Origin: a virus
Strand: one strand, 5' to 3'
IMG/VR virus record: IMGVR_UViG_3300046484_000054
Location: 1-64,000 of that record
DNA length: 64,000 bases
In this document: positions 19,901 through 29,413 of the stretch, one piece after another
How positions within the stretch are numbered: position 1 is the first letter of the stretch
Layout: each line of letters begins with the position of its first letter
Position numbers and translations under genes: made by a program
Notes under the pieces: generated by a model
The model's input: only the letters and a program-made list of their open reading frames with translations
Database searches by the model: none
Told to the model about the DNA's origin: nothing

Positions 19901-22900
19901 GGCAAATGCCATTCTCGCGCAAGCCGCCGACAAAGGCATTCTTCCAAAAGAAAGGCCGGGCAAGAAAGACTTAAATCCTGTTGAAAAGCTCCTCCTTGTA
20001 ATTAAAGACAAACAAAAAGTCAATGATTTGGTCATTGCGGCTGTTCGGGAGGCGGAACTAAAGGCGGGTAAGAAATCCGCATTAAACGATTTACCGCTGC
20101 ACATGCGGGACGAACTCATCGCCCGCTTTCTCGCCGGTGAGGAGCCGGAACCGGGACAGATTGAGGTCGGATTGAATTTGCCACTATTTGCCCATTGGCG
20201 GGTCATCCGCGACAACTTGCGCGATTACATGCCCGTCACCCAAAAGCTGGCCTCAAAAGTGGTGCCCAAGATTTCCGATCTGGCGCGCAAGATTCTCGAA
20301 ACCCCGGCGTATCTTCAGTGGAAAATGCGAGACCAGTTTATCCAATCGCTGGTGGACGAACATAATTTGAGTGAGGAGCAAGGCAAACAAGTCGCCCAAG
20401 CCCTAATTGATACCTATGGCCAGAAGTTCAAGGAAGCCCGCGAAAAGGCGCAGGCGATGGCAGAGAAAAAGCTGACCCCGCAGGAGAGGACGCAACTTGG
20501 TTTTGGAACAGACGGCAAGATGTGGAAGGCCATCAATGAGTTTTTCAACGCAGGAGGATCGGACAGCGCCGAATTGCTGCGTAAAATCGCGTCCAAAAAA
20601 GGCTATTCAAGTCCGACTGACGAACAGGTGAGTCGGATGCAACTTCTGACAACCCAAATCCAGCGATGGAGCCGGCCAACTGATGCGGCAGAGGCGGCGA
20701 TCCGTGATAATCCAAATCTGTCGAATGAACAAAAAGCCGCACAGCTTCAAAAAGCCTCGGAAGATCGCAAGATTGTCAATAATGCTGACATTCGGAAGGC
20801 AATCGAGGAGATTGCGAGGATGTGGAGTGGATTTACAAAACCACTCAACATGCAACACTGGGGAAACATCGCAAATGCCGCTTACGAATACACCACGAGC
20901 AACATCTTAAGCACTCTTGGATTTCCCATCCGGTTAGGCATCCATGTCACCACCCAAGCTGGCGTCCGCAGTCTGGTTCGTCCTATTGGAGCTGCCATTC
21001 AAGAGGCAAAATATCGCGGTTCATTCGATGGCATCTGGAAAGATTTATTTTCTTCGTATCGGGACGCGCTTGAGGAGAACTTAAAGAGCCTCACGTCTGC
21101 TGGACGCGCATTTCGCGCCCAACTTAAGGGCCGTGGTGAGATTTTGAAGTATGACCGGATGATGAACGGCATCAACGCGCTTGCGCGGATGGCCAAGCAG
21201 GCCGATGAATACTGGAAGAAGGGAAACTATGTTCGCGGATCACTCCTGCATTTCATGGCCAGCATTCGGTATTCTCAACACATCGTCGCTGCATGGGACG
21301 CATTTCAAGGTGAATTTGTTGAAAATCAAGAGATGTTGAATCAAGTGAGGCTGAATTTGGCAGCACAGGGAAAAACCCGCGCTCAGATTGAGTTGATGGC
21401 TCCAGAGGTCATGCAGGTTCTTCACGGCGAACGGCTGATGGCCTTGGCAGATGCCCGCAGGCTCTTTGACGAGGCTGACGCAGACCCGACGACGCTTCCT
21501 CAAGACTTCCAAGCCGCTTCAAAATTATGGTCTTCAGGCCAGCGAGACAGGGCGATTGCCGAAGCCGCTGACCGCATACTCAAAAATCGCGCCTATTGGA
21601 AGATGCAAGAACTTGGGATACCAAAAGACGATGAGCGCGGATATATCTACCGCCAGCGAATGGCTGAAGCGTGGCAGGAGCCTACCCAATATGGTCTTGG
21701 TGGCGCGGTTACGAAGATTTTCGGCGGAGTCCGAAGGTTGGGAGTTCCAATCCTGCCCGTTCAATTCGGAAATGCGATTGGTGCGGGCATCAATTATCAT
21801 CTGCGCCTGCTTCCGTATCCGTTTTTCAAACTCGCAGACGTGGGCGCAGTTCGCGGCGGCGGGAAACCCGGCTTGAGCGCATGGGTGGAGCGTCCGGTGG
21901 ATATGACGACGCGGCAGGTTCGCTCGGTCGCCGGGCTTCTAGTTGGTGGAACGGTCGCCAGCCTCATCCTTTATCGCCATGCCAAGGTGAATCTCGCCTA
22001 CCCACAGGACAAGAAGAAGCGCGAGGAGTTCATTGCTCAAGGCCATCGTCCGATGACCATTGAATTTCCATTGGCCGACGGGTCGTTCACCTCATACAGC
22101 CTGTTGGTCGGCCCATTTTCAGTCATTGCGCCATATGCGGCTGCGGCTGGCGCTGTGGTGAACCTGCAAGACCGCCAGCAATCGGAGCAAGACCGTTTGA
22201 ACGCCGAAGCCGCAAAACTTGGCGTTACCCCAGGAAAGGCCAAACCGATTGATTTGGGCGATGTCATGGGGGTTGCGGGTGAAGCCGCGTGGACGACGCT
22301 GCTTGGTGGATCAACGGCATCTGGTTTGATTGGCGGATACACACAATTCGGCATCCCTAATGCCAATCGCGCCGCCGCCTCGTTGATTAGCCCGTTCATC
22401 CCCGGACTGCGAGCTTATCAGGAAGTCTCGCGGATGATGGGTATTTCCTTGGATAAAAACACGGCAACGGCGCTGGATTATCTCGTTCCCCTGCCGGGGT
22501 CGAAAGCACGGCTTGTTAATAGCCTTGGCGACCCTGTGGAAACACCTAATGACGTTCAGCGGGTTATCCAATCAATCACCGCTGGCACCTATCCGCTCCC
22601 AATCAAGCCCGGCGAACAAGCTCGCAACGCCGACGACTCTGCGGCATACCTCGCAATGGCCTCCAGCGGCTTCCATGCGCCCTCAATTGACCCGCGCAAG
22701 GGCTACAACATCAACGGCGAAATCAGGCCGATGACTGCATCGGAATTGGAGCAATACACCGTTTTGCGCGGCCAGTATTTGAAGGCCAATTTGAGCCAGT
22801 TGGGAGCCACGGCGACCCCACAGCAGGCCAAGGCCGCTTACCAGCAGGCCAACGCGCAGGCTTTGGCAGCGGTTGGCGTCCAGACAGCCGCCAAGACGCC

Positions 22901-23087
22901 CACAGCGGCTTCCAGAGCCTTGCCGGGCGTTCGTAGTGCCATTGGCCGGGTTTCCGCCAGCAGACGGCGCACTGCCAAAATCCGCTATCCCAAAATCGGC
23001 AGAATCAGTGGTCGTCGGATTTCCGCGTTAAGACACCGCAGGACGAGCCTCTACGCCGGTCGTAAAAAGCATAGGGTTTTTGCCTAA
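16980..23087 (+). CDS. giant (2035 aa) polyvalent-type virion protein
   Basis: Single uninterrupted ORF. The segment FKKWFGDSKVVDDKGNPLVVFHGTAGDFYEFNKGIAFFTPSRAAAADY resembles the ART-like domain of phage/plasmid polyvalent proteins (recognised from memory). C-terminal third has hydrophobic helices; Arg/Lys-rich tail. Confidence 0.75.
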   Translation: MPILCPPKNEAWKSLVDSLGDERHAYVAFFRNGDKLPDLATATKLLGPIPEKPSSSAIKDLDTGEVWSGEPTHGLLHDKIPNMNSRRLEAGFMTNRGNYWTQAQAESATGFSSGEELFVMSDKQRKAWRKTQAEVAAADQPQPVQPKTVQSPIEVLSTANQVHIKAPRGATAIRATLPDGRSTVVYLQGDQSINKGGNTLKFEAGEKWAKIEAGTIASSGTAKGRFKKLEGDLADQVTVEDRSKSNENDKKPTNEVAGRTIQGGGDGQRRLPAANPAGEVGGLVVEPAANLGAGLKTGEGMSVGEVRSAISGQNTAGFGVEVISKDDAVKLTGRNEAAGYGGFFYNGKIYLVADNVAPRRINELHQLLREEVGHGLLRTSEGTRQLQAVLDAGKLNLTDAEKSALRAKGYQEHQLLDEFIAKSAAENRPWWTKAVDQVRVWLSKVGLANLTNDEVARLLIKNIRRATSGVEDFSNAIGLPRIAANYEQVDSPNFKKWFGDSKVVDDKGNPLVVFHGTAGDFYEFNKGIAFFTPSRAAAADYMERSIFSQHDVELPQDVNSVDELGRVGIQQIADEEGIDLTKGKIVPTFLSIKKPLDLTRLGPNFDPKYDWDELHKLGIVEEKWGSLDEDAKMEVQDEFGDKAIWNFLDSEGHDKIQKLGYDGVIFDDVDMAGKTHTSYAVFEPTQIKSATDNVGAFDATNPDIRAGEPIPPEGADETPTNPDDLLVRQIGSKKYTMPGPATFPKGGLAKANLEVEAFLRKIGIPFTPADAENQLNVGRLDLSQSFGQGEYDAEGRALLKELIRTIETPKENPEQMAYAGQLARFVNYNVDPQGGWFKLMNRDTANQIIGVSANVGSEAGTMLRAIRGIPHDLLSVAANLPVFLQKIYQKAFNGDAVDSFVRKVLTALGKDFTDADLNEIANSHPAQEKLVKEIMDANAKDSGGQVYRLVQQALKPKNAKKLSEMERNAKNREAANAILAQAADKGILPKERPGKKDLNPVEKLLLVIKDKQKVNDLVIAAVREAELKAGKKSALNDLPLHMRDELIARFLAGEEPEPGQIEVGLNLPLFAHWRVIRDNLRDYMPVTQKLASKVVPKISDLARKILETPAYLQWKMRDQFIQSLVDEHNLSEEQGKQVAQALIDTYGQKFKEAREKAQAMAEKKLTPQERTQLGFGTDGKMWKAINEFFNAGGSDSAELLRKIASKKGYSSPTDEQVSRMQLLTTQIQRWSRPTDAAEAAIRDNPNLSNEQKAAQLQKASEDRKIVNNADIRKAIEEIARMWSGFTKPLNMQHWGNIANAAYEYTTSNILSTLGFPIRLGIHVTTQAGVRSLVRPIGAAIQEAKYRGSFDGIWKDLFSSYRDALEENLKSLTSAGRAFRAQLKGRGEILKYDRMMNGINALARMAKQADEYWKKGNYVRGSLLHFMASIRYSQHIVAAWDAFQGEFVENQEMLNQVRLNLAAQGKTRAQIELMAPEVMQVLHGERLMALADARRLFDEADADPTTLPQDFQAASKLWSSGQRDRAIAEAADRILKNRAYWKMQELGIPKDDERGYIYRQRMAEAWQEPTQYGLGGAVTKIFGGVRRLGVPILPVQFGNAIGAGINYHLRLLPYPFFKLADVGAVRGGGKPGLSAWVERPVDMTTRQVRSVAGLLVGGTVASLILYRHAKVNLAYPQDKKKREEFIAQGHRPMTIEFPLADGSFTSYSLLVGPFSVIAPYAAAAGAVVNLQDRQQSEQDRLNAEAAKLGVTPGKAKPIDLGDVMGVAGEAAWTTLLGGSTASGLIGGYTQFGIPNANRAAASLISPFIPGLRAYQEVSRMMGISLDKNTATALDYLVPLPGSKARLVNSLGDPVETPNDVQRVIQSITAGTYPLPIKPGEQARNADDSAAYLAMASSGFHAPSIDPRKGYNINGEIRPMTASELEQYTVLRGQYLKANLSQLGATATPQQAKAAYQQANAQALAAVGVQTAAKTPTAASRALPGVRSAIGRVSASRRRTAKIRYPKIGRISGRRISALRHRRTSLYAGRKKHRVFA

Positions 23088-23245
23088 AAGATTTTTGAAG
23101 ATTTTACTTGCGAAGTTTTCAGCAATCCGCCATATTTGGCGTAGATGAACTTTGAAAACTTCACGTTATTGTTTTGCTGCGCGATAATCTTGGCAGAACT
23201 TTGGTTAATCATCTCCTGCGCCAGCGAAACTGGATGGAGGGGCAA

Positions 23246-23701
23246 ATGAGTGACATCATCGGCGGCGACCAGACGCCAACACCGGAGCAGCTTCGCAAAT
23301 TGAAGGCGATGCTGCCTCAACTCAAAAAGCAGGCGCGCGAGAAGGCACAAAAAACAGGCGGACGCCGACGCACCCAGATTGAGCGCATGGTTGACCCGGT
23401 GCCGTGCCAAGTCTGTGGTGTAGTTTTCGACCGCTATAACCACGGCAAGCAACAGAATGATTTCTGCTCCTCTTGCACCACCAATTTGAAGTCGGGTCAG
23501 GTTGCGCTCGTGACTCTCTCCGGCAGATTCGCGTTTTTAACTACTCCGAAAGAGGGACTGCTGGCTGAAATCCTGAAAAAGTTCTCGGTTGATACGCAGG
23601 AGGTCAAGGTGGCTAAACTCGCAGAATCCATTGGCGGCAGCAAACTCCATGTGCCGGAGGATTTCATGGACAGGATTCAGGCGAAGTTAAAGGAGAATTA
23701 G
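23246..23701 (+). CDS. hypothetical protein with CxxC...CxxC cluster (151 aa)
   Basis: ATG preceded by GGAGGGG; CQVCGVVFDRYNHGKQQNDFCSSC. Confidence 0.55.
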   Translation: MSDIIGGDQTPTPEQLRKLKAMLPQLKKQAREKAQKTGGRRRTQIERMVDPVPCQVCGVVFDRYNHGKQQNDFCSSCTTNLKSGQVALVTLSGRFAFLTTPKEGLLAEILKKFSVDTQEVKVAKLAESIGGSKLHVPEDFMDRIQAKLKEN

Positions 23702-23702
23702 G

Positions 23703-23885
23703 ATGAATAAAACCAATCCAAATCAAAAACGAATAGATCAAATGCGGGATAAAATCCGGGATATTGGTATGAGAAAGAATATCAACAGGTATTCAACAAA
23801 TGCTGGCGATGCCATTCCAAAGATGCAAGAAGAAATTCGTCGTCTTGGTGGAAACCCGCACATCAACTTTCAGGCGATGGGATAA
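23703..23885 (+). CDS. hypothetical small protein (60 aa)
   Basis: ORF track; 1-nt spacing to the upstream gene. Confidence 0.45.
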   Translation: MNKTNPNQKRIDQMRDKIRDIGMRKNINRYSTNAGDAIPKMQEEIRRLGGNPHINFQAMG

Positions 23886-23888
23886 ATT

Positions 23889-24263
23889 ATGCCACAACCC
23901 ACCCGCGAAACATTGCTGGAATTCATGGCCAAGCTTCCACCGCCTTTGTGTAGAGCGATGGCAATCTCCCGCGCTGACGGCCTTAAGGCTGGCAGGGGTC
24001 GCCACAACCGGTTAAAGACGATTGACGAACTTTTAGCCGATGCCCAAGGACTTTCCCGGCGCACCATTGATCGGCTGGTATGGAAGCCAGATTGGGATGG
24101 TGTGAAGATTGGCGTGGCCAGCCGGTTCATCCAAGCCTGCGGAGTGGACATCTTTCACAAATCGTTTCGCCGTTATTTTGTGGCGAAGTATTGGGATCAA
24201 AACCTGCCGCATCTATCGGGAACTCACCGGGATCGCTTGAAGAAGGTTTTAGGATTGGAATGA
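23889..24263 (+). CDS. hypothetical protein (124 aa)
   Basis: ORF track; tight spacing. Confidence 0.5.
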   Translation: MPQPTRETLLEFMAKLPPPLCRAMAISRADGLKAGRGRHNRLKTIDELLADAQGLSRRTIDRLVWKPDWDGVKIGVASRFIQACGVDIFHKSFRRYFVAKYWDQNLPHLSGTHRDRLKKVLGLE

Positions 24264-24475
24264 GTGTCAAACCCACCATCGCCTGCGTTGCGCGCCTCGA
24301 TTTCCCATCCTTTTACTGGATTGGATTCACGCCGTTTTTGAAGCGGTTGGCGAGGCGGCAATGTGCTGGAATCCTCGTCCGTCGCATGGGGTGTTTTCAT
24401 CCGAACAGGCGTCGGATGTTGCCGTCAGACTATGCTTCAAAATCGCGGAAGAATTGGAGAAACAGACTCCCGTAA
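24260..24475 (+). CDS. possible small protein (71 aa)
   Basis: ATGA overlap with the upstream stop and ends 4 nt before the next ATG; otherwise there is a 217-nt gap. Confidence 0.3.
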   Translation: MSVKPTIACVARLDFPSFYWIGFTPFLKRLARRQCAGILVRRMGCFHPNRRRMLPSDYASKSRKNWRNRLP

Positions 24476-24479
24476 TCGC

Positions 24480-25997
24480 ATGATCTCTTGTCTCCTCATA
24501 GTTACCAAATACAGCGAATCTCTCCGTTCGTCCGTGGACTCATTTCTAAAACAGGACTTCGAGGGCGAGCGCGAACTGATAATCTTCTCGACCAATCCGC
24601 GAATCAAACTGGTGTGCGACCAGCCAAACGTCAGGGTGGCCAACGCTCTCAAGCCATGCCTTCCATCGGATGCCAAAAACACCTCCATTTCTGCCATTGC
24701 AAAAGGCGATTGGCTGGTGAATTGGAGTGAGAGCGATTACTACCTACCAAACCATCTGAAAACCATCGCCTCACGCATGGGTGGAGACTGGGCGTGGTTG
24801 AACAGTCAGTTTGAATTGAACAACGGCAAGATTTCAGCCGTCTCGCAGGCTTCGGAAATGACTCTGGCGTTCACCCGCAACGCTTGGACGAAGGTTGGAG
24901 GTTCCCAACGCGGAGTAGTCGGCGAACGCAACTTCGTCGGCAAACTTACGCAGGCTTGCAATGGTGAAAAGGTAGTGGTTTCAAACGAGAACATTACCTT
25001 CGTCCGGTGCGGCTCTGATTTGGACAAACAGCGTGCCAGACCGATGATTAGAAATGGCCAATTCGTTCTGGAGCCGAAATCGGATCGTGATTATCCAGCA
25101 CTGGTTCAGCAATTTCTCACCGGAAAGTCGGACAACAAGATTTGCGTGGTGATCCTCGGCAGGTTCGGCGACATCATAAACGTGCTGCCCTTCATAAAAC
25201 TCATCAACGACAACTATGCCAAGCCCCATGTGGGAATTGCAAAGGAGTTTCTGCCGCTTTTCGATGGAATTGGCTACGCAACGCCCCTCGTGCTGGCCGA
25301 CCAAGAGGCCAAGTTGGGGCAGGCCATCACCAGAGCCAAGCGCGATTTCCCCATAGTCTGTGTTTGTCAGATATGGGGCGAAAATTTCCAACAGGTCAAG
25401 ACCGAGGAGAGCTACAACCTCCAATCGTGGAAGTCCGCTGGCCTGCTGCACCGGGTTCACGACGAATCGTTGCGGCCAGTGTTCGACAGGCGTGATCCCG
25501 CGCGTGAGGCGGCACTGATTGCGGCCATCCCCGACACCGGCAAGCCTTGGATGCTGGTCAACCTCCACGGAGCCAAGAGCGCGCCATGCCCCGAATGCGG
25601 CTCGTTGATGCCGCTAATTGAAATGGCGTGGGGCGACCAGTTCCAAATCATTGACATTGGAAAAATCAGGGCAGAACGGCTCTACGACTTTATTGGGCTG
25701 TTCGAGAAGGCCGCATTGCTGGTGTCACTGGACACGTCCTACGTCCACCTGGCCCTTGCGACCAACATTCCGGTCGTCATGTTGACCCGGAGCGGCTGGG
25801 GAGGCACGATAATGAGGTTCCAAGAGGCTGGACGCATTATTTACGAGGACGCTGTTGCGAATCCAAAGCTAGTTCACACAGCTATTGAGAAGGCGATTCG
25901 GCAAGCAGAGCTAAATCATGCCAAAGCAATAACCGATGAAATCGAGTGTGAAACTGGAGGATTTATAGTTCTTGACACCGCGACGATTTTACCTTAA
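24480..25997 (+). CDS. two-domain glycosyltransferase (GT-A/GT2-like N-terminus, GT9 heptosyltransferase-like C-terminus)
   Basis: N-terminus ISCLLIVTKYSESLRSSVDSFLKQDFEGERELIIFS. C-terminus ICVVILGRFGDIINVLPFIKLI ... LLVSLDTSYVHLALATNIPVVML resembles ADP-heptose:LPS heptosyltransferase signatures. Confidence 0.65.
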   Translation: MISCLLIVTKYSESLRSSVDSFLKQDFEGERELIIFSTNPRIKLVCDQPNVRVANALKPCLPSDAKNTSISAIAKGDWLVNWSESDYYLPNHLKTIASRMGGDWAWLNSQFELNNGKISAVSQASEMTLAFTRNAWTKVGGSQRGVVGERNFVGKLTQACNGEKVVVSNENITFVRCGSDLDKQRARPMIRNGQFVLEPKSDRDYPALVQQFLTGKSDNKICVVILGRFGDIINVLPFIKLINDNYAKPHVGIAKEFLPLFDGIGYATPLVLADQEAKLGQAITRAKRDFPIVCVCQIWGENFQQVKTEESYNLQSWKSAGLLHRVHDESLRPVFDRRDPAREAALIAAIPDTGKPWMLVNLHGAKSAPCPECGSLMPLIEMAWGDQFQIIDIGKIRAERLYDFIGLFEKAALLVSLDTSYVHLALATNIPVVMLTRSGWGGTIMRFQEAGRIIYEDAVANPKLVHTAIEKAIRQAELNHAKAITDEIECETGGFIVLDTATILP

Positions 25998-26000
25998 CGT

Positions 26001-26282
26001 ATGGGTATGAAAATTATTAAGCGCATAAGCGATTGGTTGTATGGGTTTTTTAAGACTCATTCTGACCAGCTTGAACCCAAAGACGATATGCGTATCGTCA
26101 AATCATCCGACGGTTTTTACGCCATTGAATCATGGTCAAAGTGGGGCGGCTGGACGTTCTACAGCCTCGGTGAATACCGCTGTGAACGGTGCGCCCGCGA
26201 AGCCATGGATGCTGCAAAGAAATACCGCGCCGAGCGGATTGCGCGGGAGTCAAGATCATGGACTCCACTCAACGAATCGTGA
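26001..26282 (+). CDS. hypothetical protein (93 aa)
   Basis: ORF track. Confidence 0.4.
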   Translation: MGMKIIKRISDWLYGFFKTHSDQLEPKDDMRIVKSSDGFYAIESWSKWGGWTFYSLGEYRCERCAREAMDAAKKYRAERIARESRSWTPLNES

Positions 26283-26395
26283 AACTTCCAATCCTCAAAT
26301 GTCTGCGTTGCCTGCACGAATGGATTCCGCGCAGACCGAAACTGCCGAAAGTTTGCCCGAAGTGCAAGCACGTCAAATGGAACAAACCAAAATGA
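26258..26395 (+). CDS. small zinc-ribbon protein (45 aa)
   Basis: MDSTQRIVKLPILKCLRCLHEWIPRRPKLPKVCPKCKHVKW: CxxC...CxxC. Confidence 0.45.
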   Translation: MDSTQRIVKLPILKCLRCLHEWIPRRPKLPKVCPKCKHVKWNKPK

Positions 26396-26940
26396 AAACG
26401 TCATCAATTACAGAGTCAGAATTGGCCATAAAGCGCATCCCAATCAGAAGCTTCGTCGGCCATCGAAAGGACGGTCTGATAGTCCCGTTCGTGCTATTCC
26501 CGCGCTATACTCGCGTCAAAGAGCCGCCGTTCAATTGGTATGATAGGGGGACGGTTCGCTGTTGGATTGCTCAATTCAATGGGGTGGAAGCAAACAATCC
26601 GCAGTATCACGACGCGTATTGGAATCATTTGTTCAATTCAATCCGTTATCAAGATTACTTGACGCATGAGCAGGAGGTTGGAATTTACGAAAATCTGCCC
26701 AAATATCCAAACGGAGAATGCCGGGCAAATGTCATTGGACTGCATCGCTTGATTGAAAATGGATGCTTGGCTGATGGAGACGATGGGGAAGTGTTTTGGG
26801 TGCGGGTATCTTTCGATCCGCCGTCAAAAAACGAGTATCGAGCAATTTGGGCTGACAGCGTTGGTGCCGCAACAAGATTTTTAGCGCCATACGAGGCGGA
26901 ACTTGATCGGAAGATGAAGGAATTGGGAATTGATCCGTAA
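26392..26940 (+). CDS. hypothetical protein (182 aa)
   Basis: ATGA overlap with the upstream stop; the internal ATG of the 26041 ORF was chosen. Confidence 0.5.
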   Translation: MKTSSITESELAIKRIPIRSFVGHRKDGLIVPFVLFPRYTRVKEPPFNWYDRGTVRCWIAQFNGVEANNPQYHDAYWNHLFNSIRYQDYLTHEQEVGIYENLPKYPNGECRANVIGLHRLIENGCLADGDDGEVFWVRVSFDPPSKNEYRAIWADSVGAATRFLAPYEAELDRKMKELGIDP

Positions 26941-26953
26941 CAACCCAAGCAAA

Positions 26954-27712
26954 ATGCCTAAAATCTCTCGCATTTTCCACTGCGTTGATTTGTTTTCTGA
27001 TCCTGATAAGGCATCGGCGGCGCGGGCAGCAGCGATGCAGCGCACTTGGGACGATCTTTTGGAACGAGGAGACATTATCCCCGCGTATTTTCATCCCCCA
27101 TATCCACGAAACGCGCAGAAAACCATCGGCGACCCCCGCAAGCTGCCGTATCTTCGTGACCTGTTTGAGAAATCCATGAAGCAGATGGACGACGATGACA
27201 TGCTGCTGTTCACAAATTCGGACAACGCCCTTTCCCCGCTCCTGCCAGAATACCTCAAATTTCATGTAGGAGTTTTCGGTGCTTGCACAATCCCCCGCAC
27301 CGAGATTCGTGGTAAAATGCCATCACTAGACTTACCGCCTGAACAACTGGCCAAGTTGGGTGCGCCAAGACAAGTGGGCAGAGATGGATTTGCCATGACG
27401 AAGGCTTGGCTCACGGATCATTGGGATGAGATACCAGATTGCGTCTTAGGGGCGAGCACGTGGGATATTTTGCTGGCTGCGATGATTCGTCTCGACTACG
27501 GAATTAAGACGAACAACTCGAATCTTGGTGAGCGCATCTTTCCGGCAGACATTCCCGGCGGCTACATCCTGCATCAAGCCCATCATTCCGCATGGCACAC
27601 GCCTGACCGCGACACCGTGCCGTCGAATGCTCATAATGCTGCTCTTTTTAAGAAGTTTGCGGCGCGCAGATTGCCCGAATTGAAGGTGGGAGAGCATGGG
27701 GGGATTGGATGA
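26954..27712 (+). CDS. putative glycosyltransferase-like protein
   Basis: LLFTNSDNAL (DxD-like) in a GT-A-like context; weak call. Confidence 0.4.
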   Translation: MPKISRIFHCVDLFSDPDKASAARAAAMQRTWDDLLERGDIIPAYFHPPYPRNAQKTIGDPRKLPYLRDLFEKSMKQMDDDDMLLFTNSDNALSPLLPEYLKFHVGVFGACTIPRTEIRGKMPSLDLPPEQLAKLGAPRQVGRDGFAMTKAWLTDHWDEIPDCVLGASTWDILLAAMIRLDYGIKTNNSNLGERIFPADIPGGYILHQAHHSAWHTPDRDTVPSNAHNAALFKKFAARRLPELKVGEHGGIG

Positions 27713-28431
27713 GAGAACCGGCCTTAATTCTTGGAGACTGCCTTGAGTGGATGCTGGAAATTCCAGATAAGTCGGTTGACATGGTGCTGTGCGACTTGCC
27801 GTATGGAAACACTTGCTGTAAATGGGACGTAATAATTCCATTTGAACCACTGTGGAAGCAATATCGAAGAATATGCAAGGCAAAGTCAGCAATTGTCCTG
27901 ATGGCCTCACAGCCTTTTGCAAGCCTGCTAGTGGCATCCAACCTAAAATGGTTTCGATACGATTTAATTTGGGAGAAAACATCGGCAACGGGACATCTTA
28001 ATGCCAAAAGAATGCCAATGCGGGCGCATGAATTGATATTAGTTTTTTACAACCATCTTCCAACATATAATCCAATAAAAACGAGCGGCCATGTTCGTAA
28101 GACGGCTCGTGCTGAACGCTTCCGGTTGGGGAGCGAGTTATACGGCAAAGAAAAAGGGACTACGTTTTACGACTCCACTGAAAGGTATCCAAGAAGCGTC
28201 CTAAAGTTCGCCAGCGATAAGCAAAAACTTTGCTTACACCCATGCCAGAAGCCGGTGGCATTGATGGAGTATCTGGTGCGGACGTTCACAAGCCCAGGTG
28301 ATATTGTTTTGGATAACGCAATGGGCAGCGGAACCACTGGGGTTGCCGCCAAAAACGCTGGAAGAAACTTCATGGGAATTGAAAAGGATAAGGCGTATTT
28401 TAACACAGCAAGCAAAAGAATTTTACAATGA
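27709..28431 (+). CDS. DNA methyltransferase, beta-class (N6-adenine or N4-cytosine)
   Basis: Motif IV DLPY (VDMVLCDLPYGN) precedes motif I (VLDNAMGSGTTGVAA), the circular permutation of beta-class amino-MTases; HPCQKP also present. Confidence 0.85.
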   Translation: MREPALILGDCLEWMLEIPDKSVDMVLCDLPYGNTCCKWDVIIPFEPLWKQYRRICKAKSAIVLMASQPFASLLVASNLKWFRYDLIWEKTSATGHLNAKRMPMRAHELILVFYNHLPTYNPIKTSGHVRKTARAERFRLGSELYGKEKGTTFYDSTERYPRSVLKFASDKQKLCLHPCQKPVALMEYLVRTFTSPGDIVLDNAMGSGTTGVAAKNAGRNFMGIEKDKAYFNTASKRILQ

Positions 28432-28640
28432 GTGACCGTGAAACATTGATCGAGGCCAGAAAGCGGATTTCTGCCATTTTGAGGGCAAGCCCGGAATGGC
28501 GATACCGGATGCAGGAGCCAATTGCGCTGTATCTTGGCCGGTGGATTTATCCAGATGATATTGAGCGAAACCTTCACCAGTTTGAAATAATAACACTATC
28601 CGAAGAAGTTGTCCGGTTGAATTTTGAGGCGGGAATATGA
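28428..28640 (+). CDS. hypothetical small protein (70 aa)
   Basis: ORF track; 4-nt overlaps on both sides. Confidence 0.45.
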   Translation: MSDRETLIEARKRISAILRASPEWRYRMQEPIALYLGRWIYPDDIERNLHQFEIITLSEEVVRLNFEAGI

Positions 28641-29413
28641 GACTTGAGATTGGCACAATTTGTTTGGATGGCGAACCTTACATCGAAAGGTTCCTGCCTG
28701 TTTTCGAGAAGCTGACGGTGCCTTGGTTTTGGAGAGTGGCAGAAGGGGCCGCAGACAACACGCATTGCACCCACTGGTGCCAAAAACAGGCTCCGCGATT
28801 AAGTCGCGACGGCACCTCCGAGTATTTAACCAGAATCTCTCGCCGCCCAAATGTGCGAATTTATCGTCGGCAGCTTTGGGACGGCAAGGTTTCAATGTTC
28901 AACGCGATGCTGCGCGACATCAAAGAACCCTGTGTCCTATTGGTTCCAGACAGCGACGAACTTTTCACCACCTCCCAGATCGAGAAGATTGTAAAGCTGT
29001 TCGAGGACAGGCCGGAGGCGATGCGGGCTTCGTTCTATTGCAGATATTTCGTCGGGAAGGACATTATTTCCACTGGCGAGAACTGCTACGGCAACAGGGC
29101 TGGTATAGACTGGCTACGAGCCTTCCGCTTCCGTGTTGGTGATGTTCTAAATAGCCATGAGCCGCCCGTGCTGGCTGGAAATAAAGGATTGGCCATCACG
29201 CGCGAGGAGACGTGTGCAATGGGACTCGTTTTCGACCACTTCTCTTGGGTCGAGGAGCGCAATGTGTCGCAAAAATTAAAGTTTTATGGGTATGATGAGC
29301 GAAATCTGGACGGCTGGAAACGTCTCCAATCCCACACAACCTTCCCGACAAAACTTAAGCCCTTCATGTCGTGGGTTGACGACGGCGCGATGGCTGAAAG
29401 GGTTATGCCATGA
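28637..29413 (+). CDS. GT2-like glycosyltransferase
   Basis: VLLVPDSDELF (DxD) with an upstream Rossmann-like segment; family assignment tentative. Confidence 0.55.
   Translation: MRLEIGTICLDGEPYIERFLPVFEKLTVPWFWRVAEGAADNTHCTHWCQKQAPRLSRDGTSEYLTRISRRPNVRIYRRQLWDGKVSMFNAMLRDIKEPCVLLVPDSDELFTTSQIEKIVKLFEDRPEAMRASFYCRYFVGKDIISTGENCYGNRAGIDWLRAFRFRVGDVLNSHEPPVLAGNKGLAITREETCAMGLVFDHFSWVEERNVSQKLKFYGYDERNLDGWKRLQSHTTFPTKLKPFMSWVDDGAMAERVMP

Noticed and set aside
23111-23163. Inverted repeat GAAGTTTTC-N35-GAAAACTTC after the giant gene
   Set aside because: The loop is too long and there is no T-tract, so it does not fit an intrinsic terminator. It may be regulatory, but there is nothing to support a specific call.
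23084-23452. 122-aa - strand ORF
   Set aside because: It overlaps the start of the better-supported + strand gene (SD GGAGGGG plus ATG at 23246). It is isolated on its strand.
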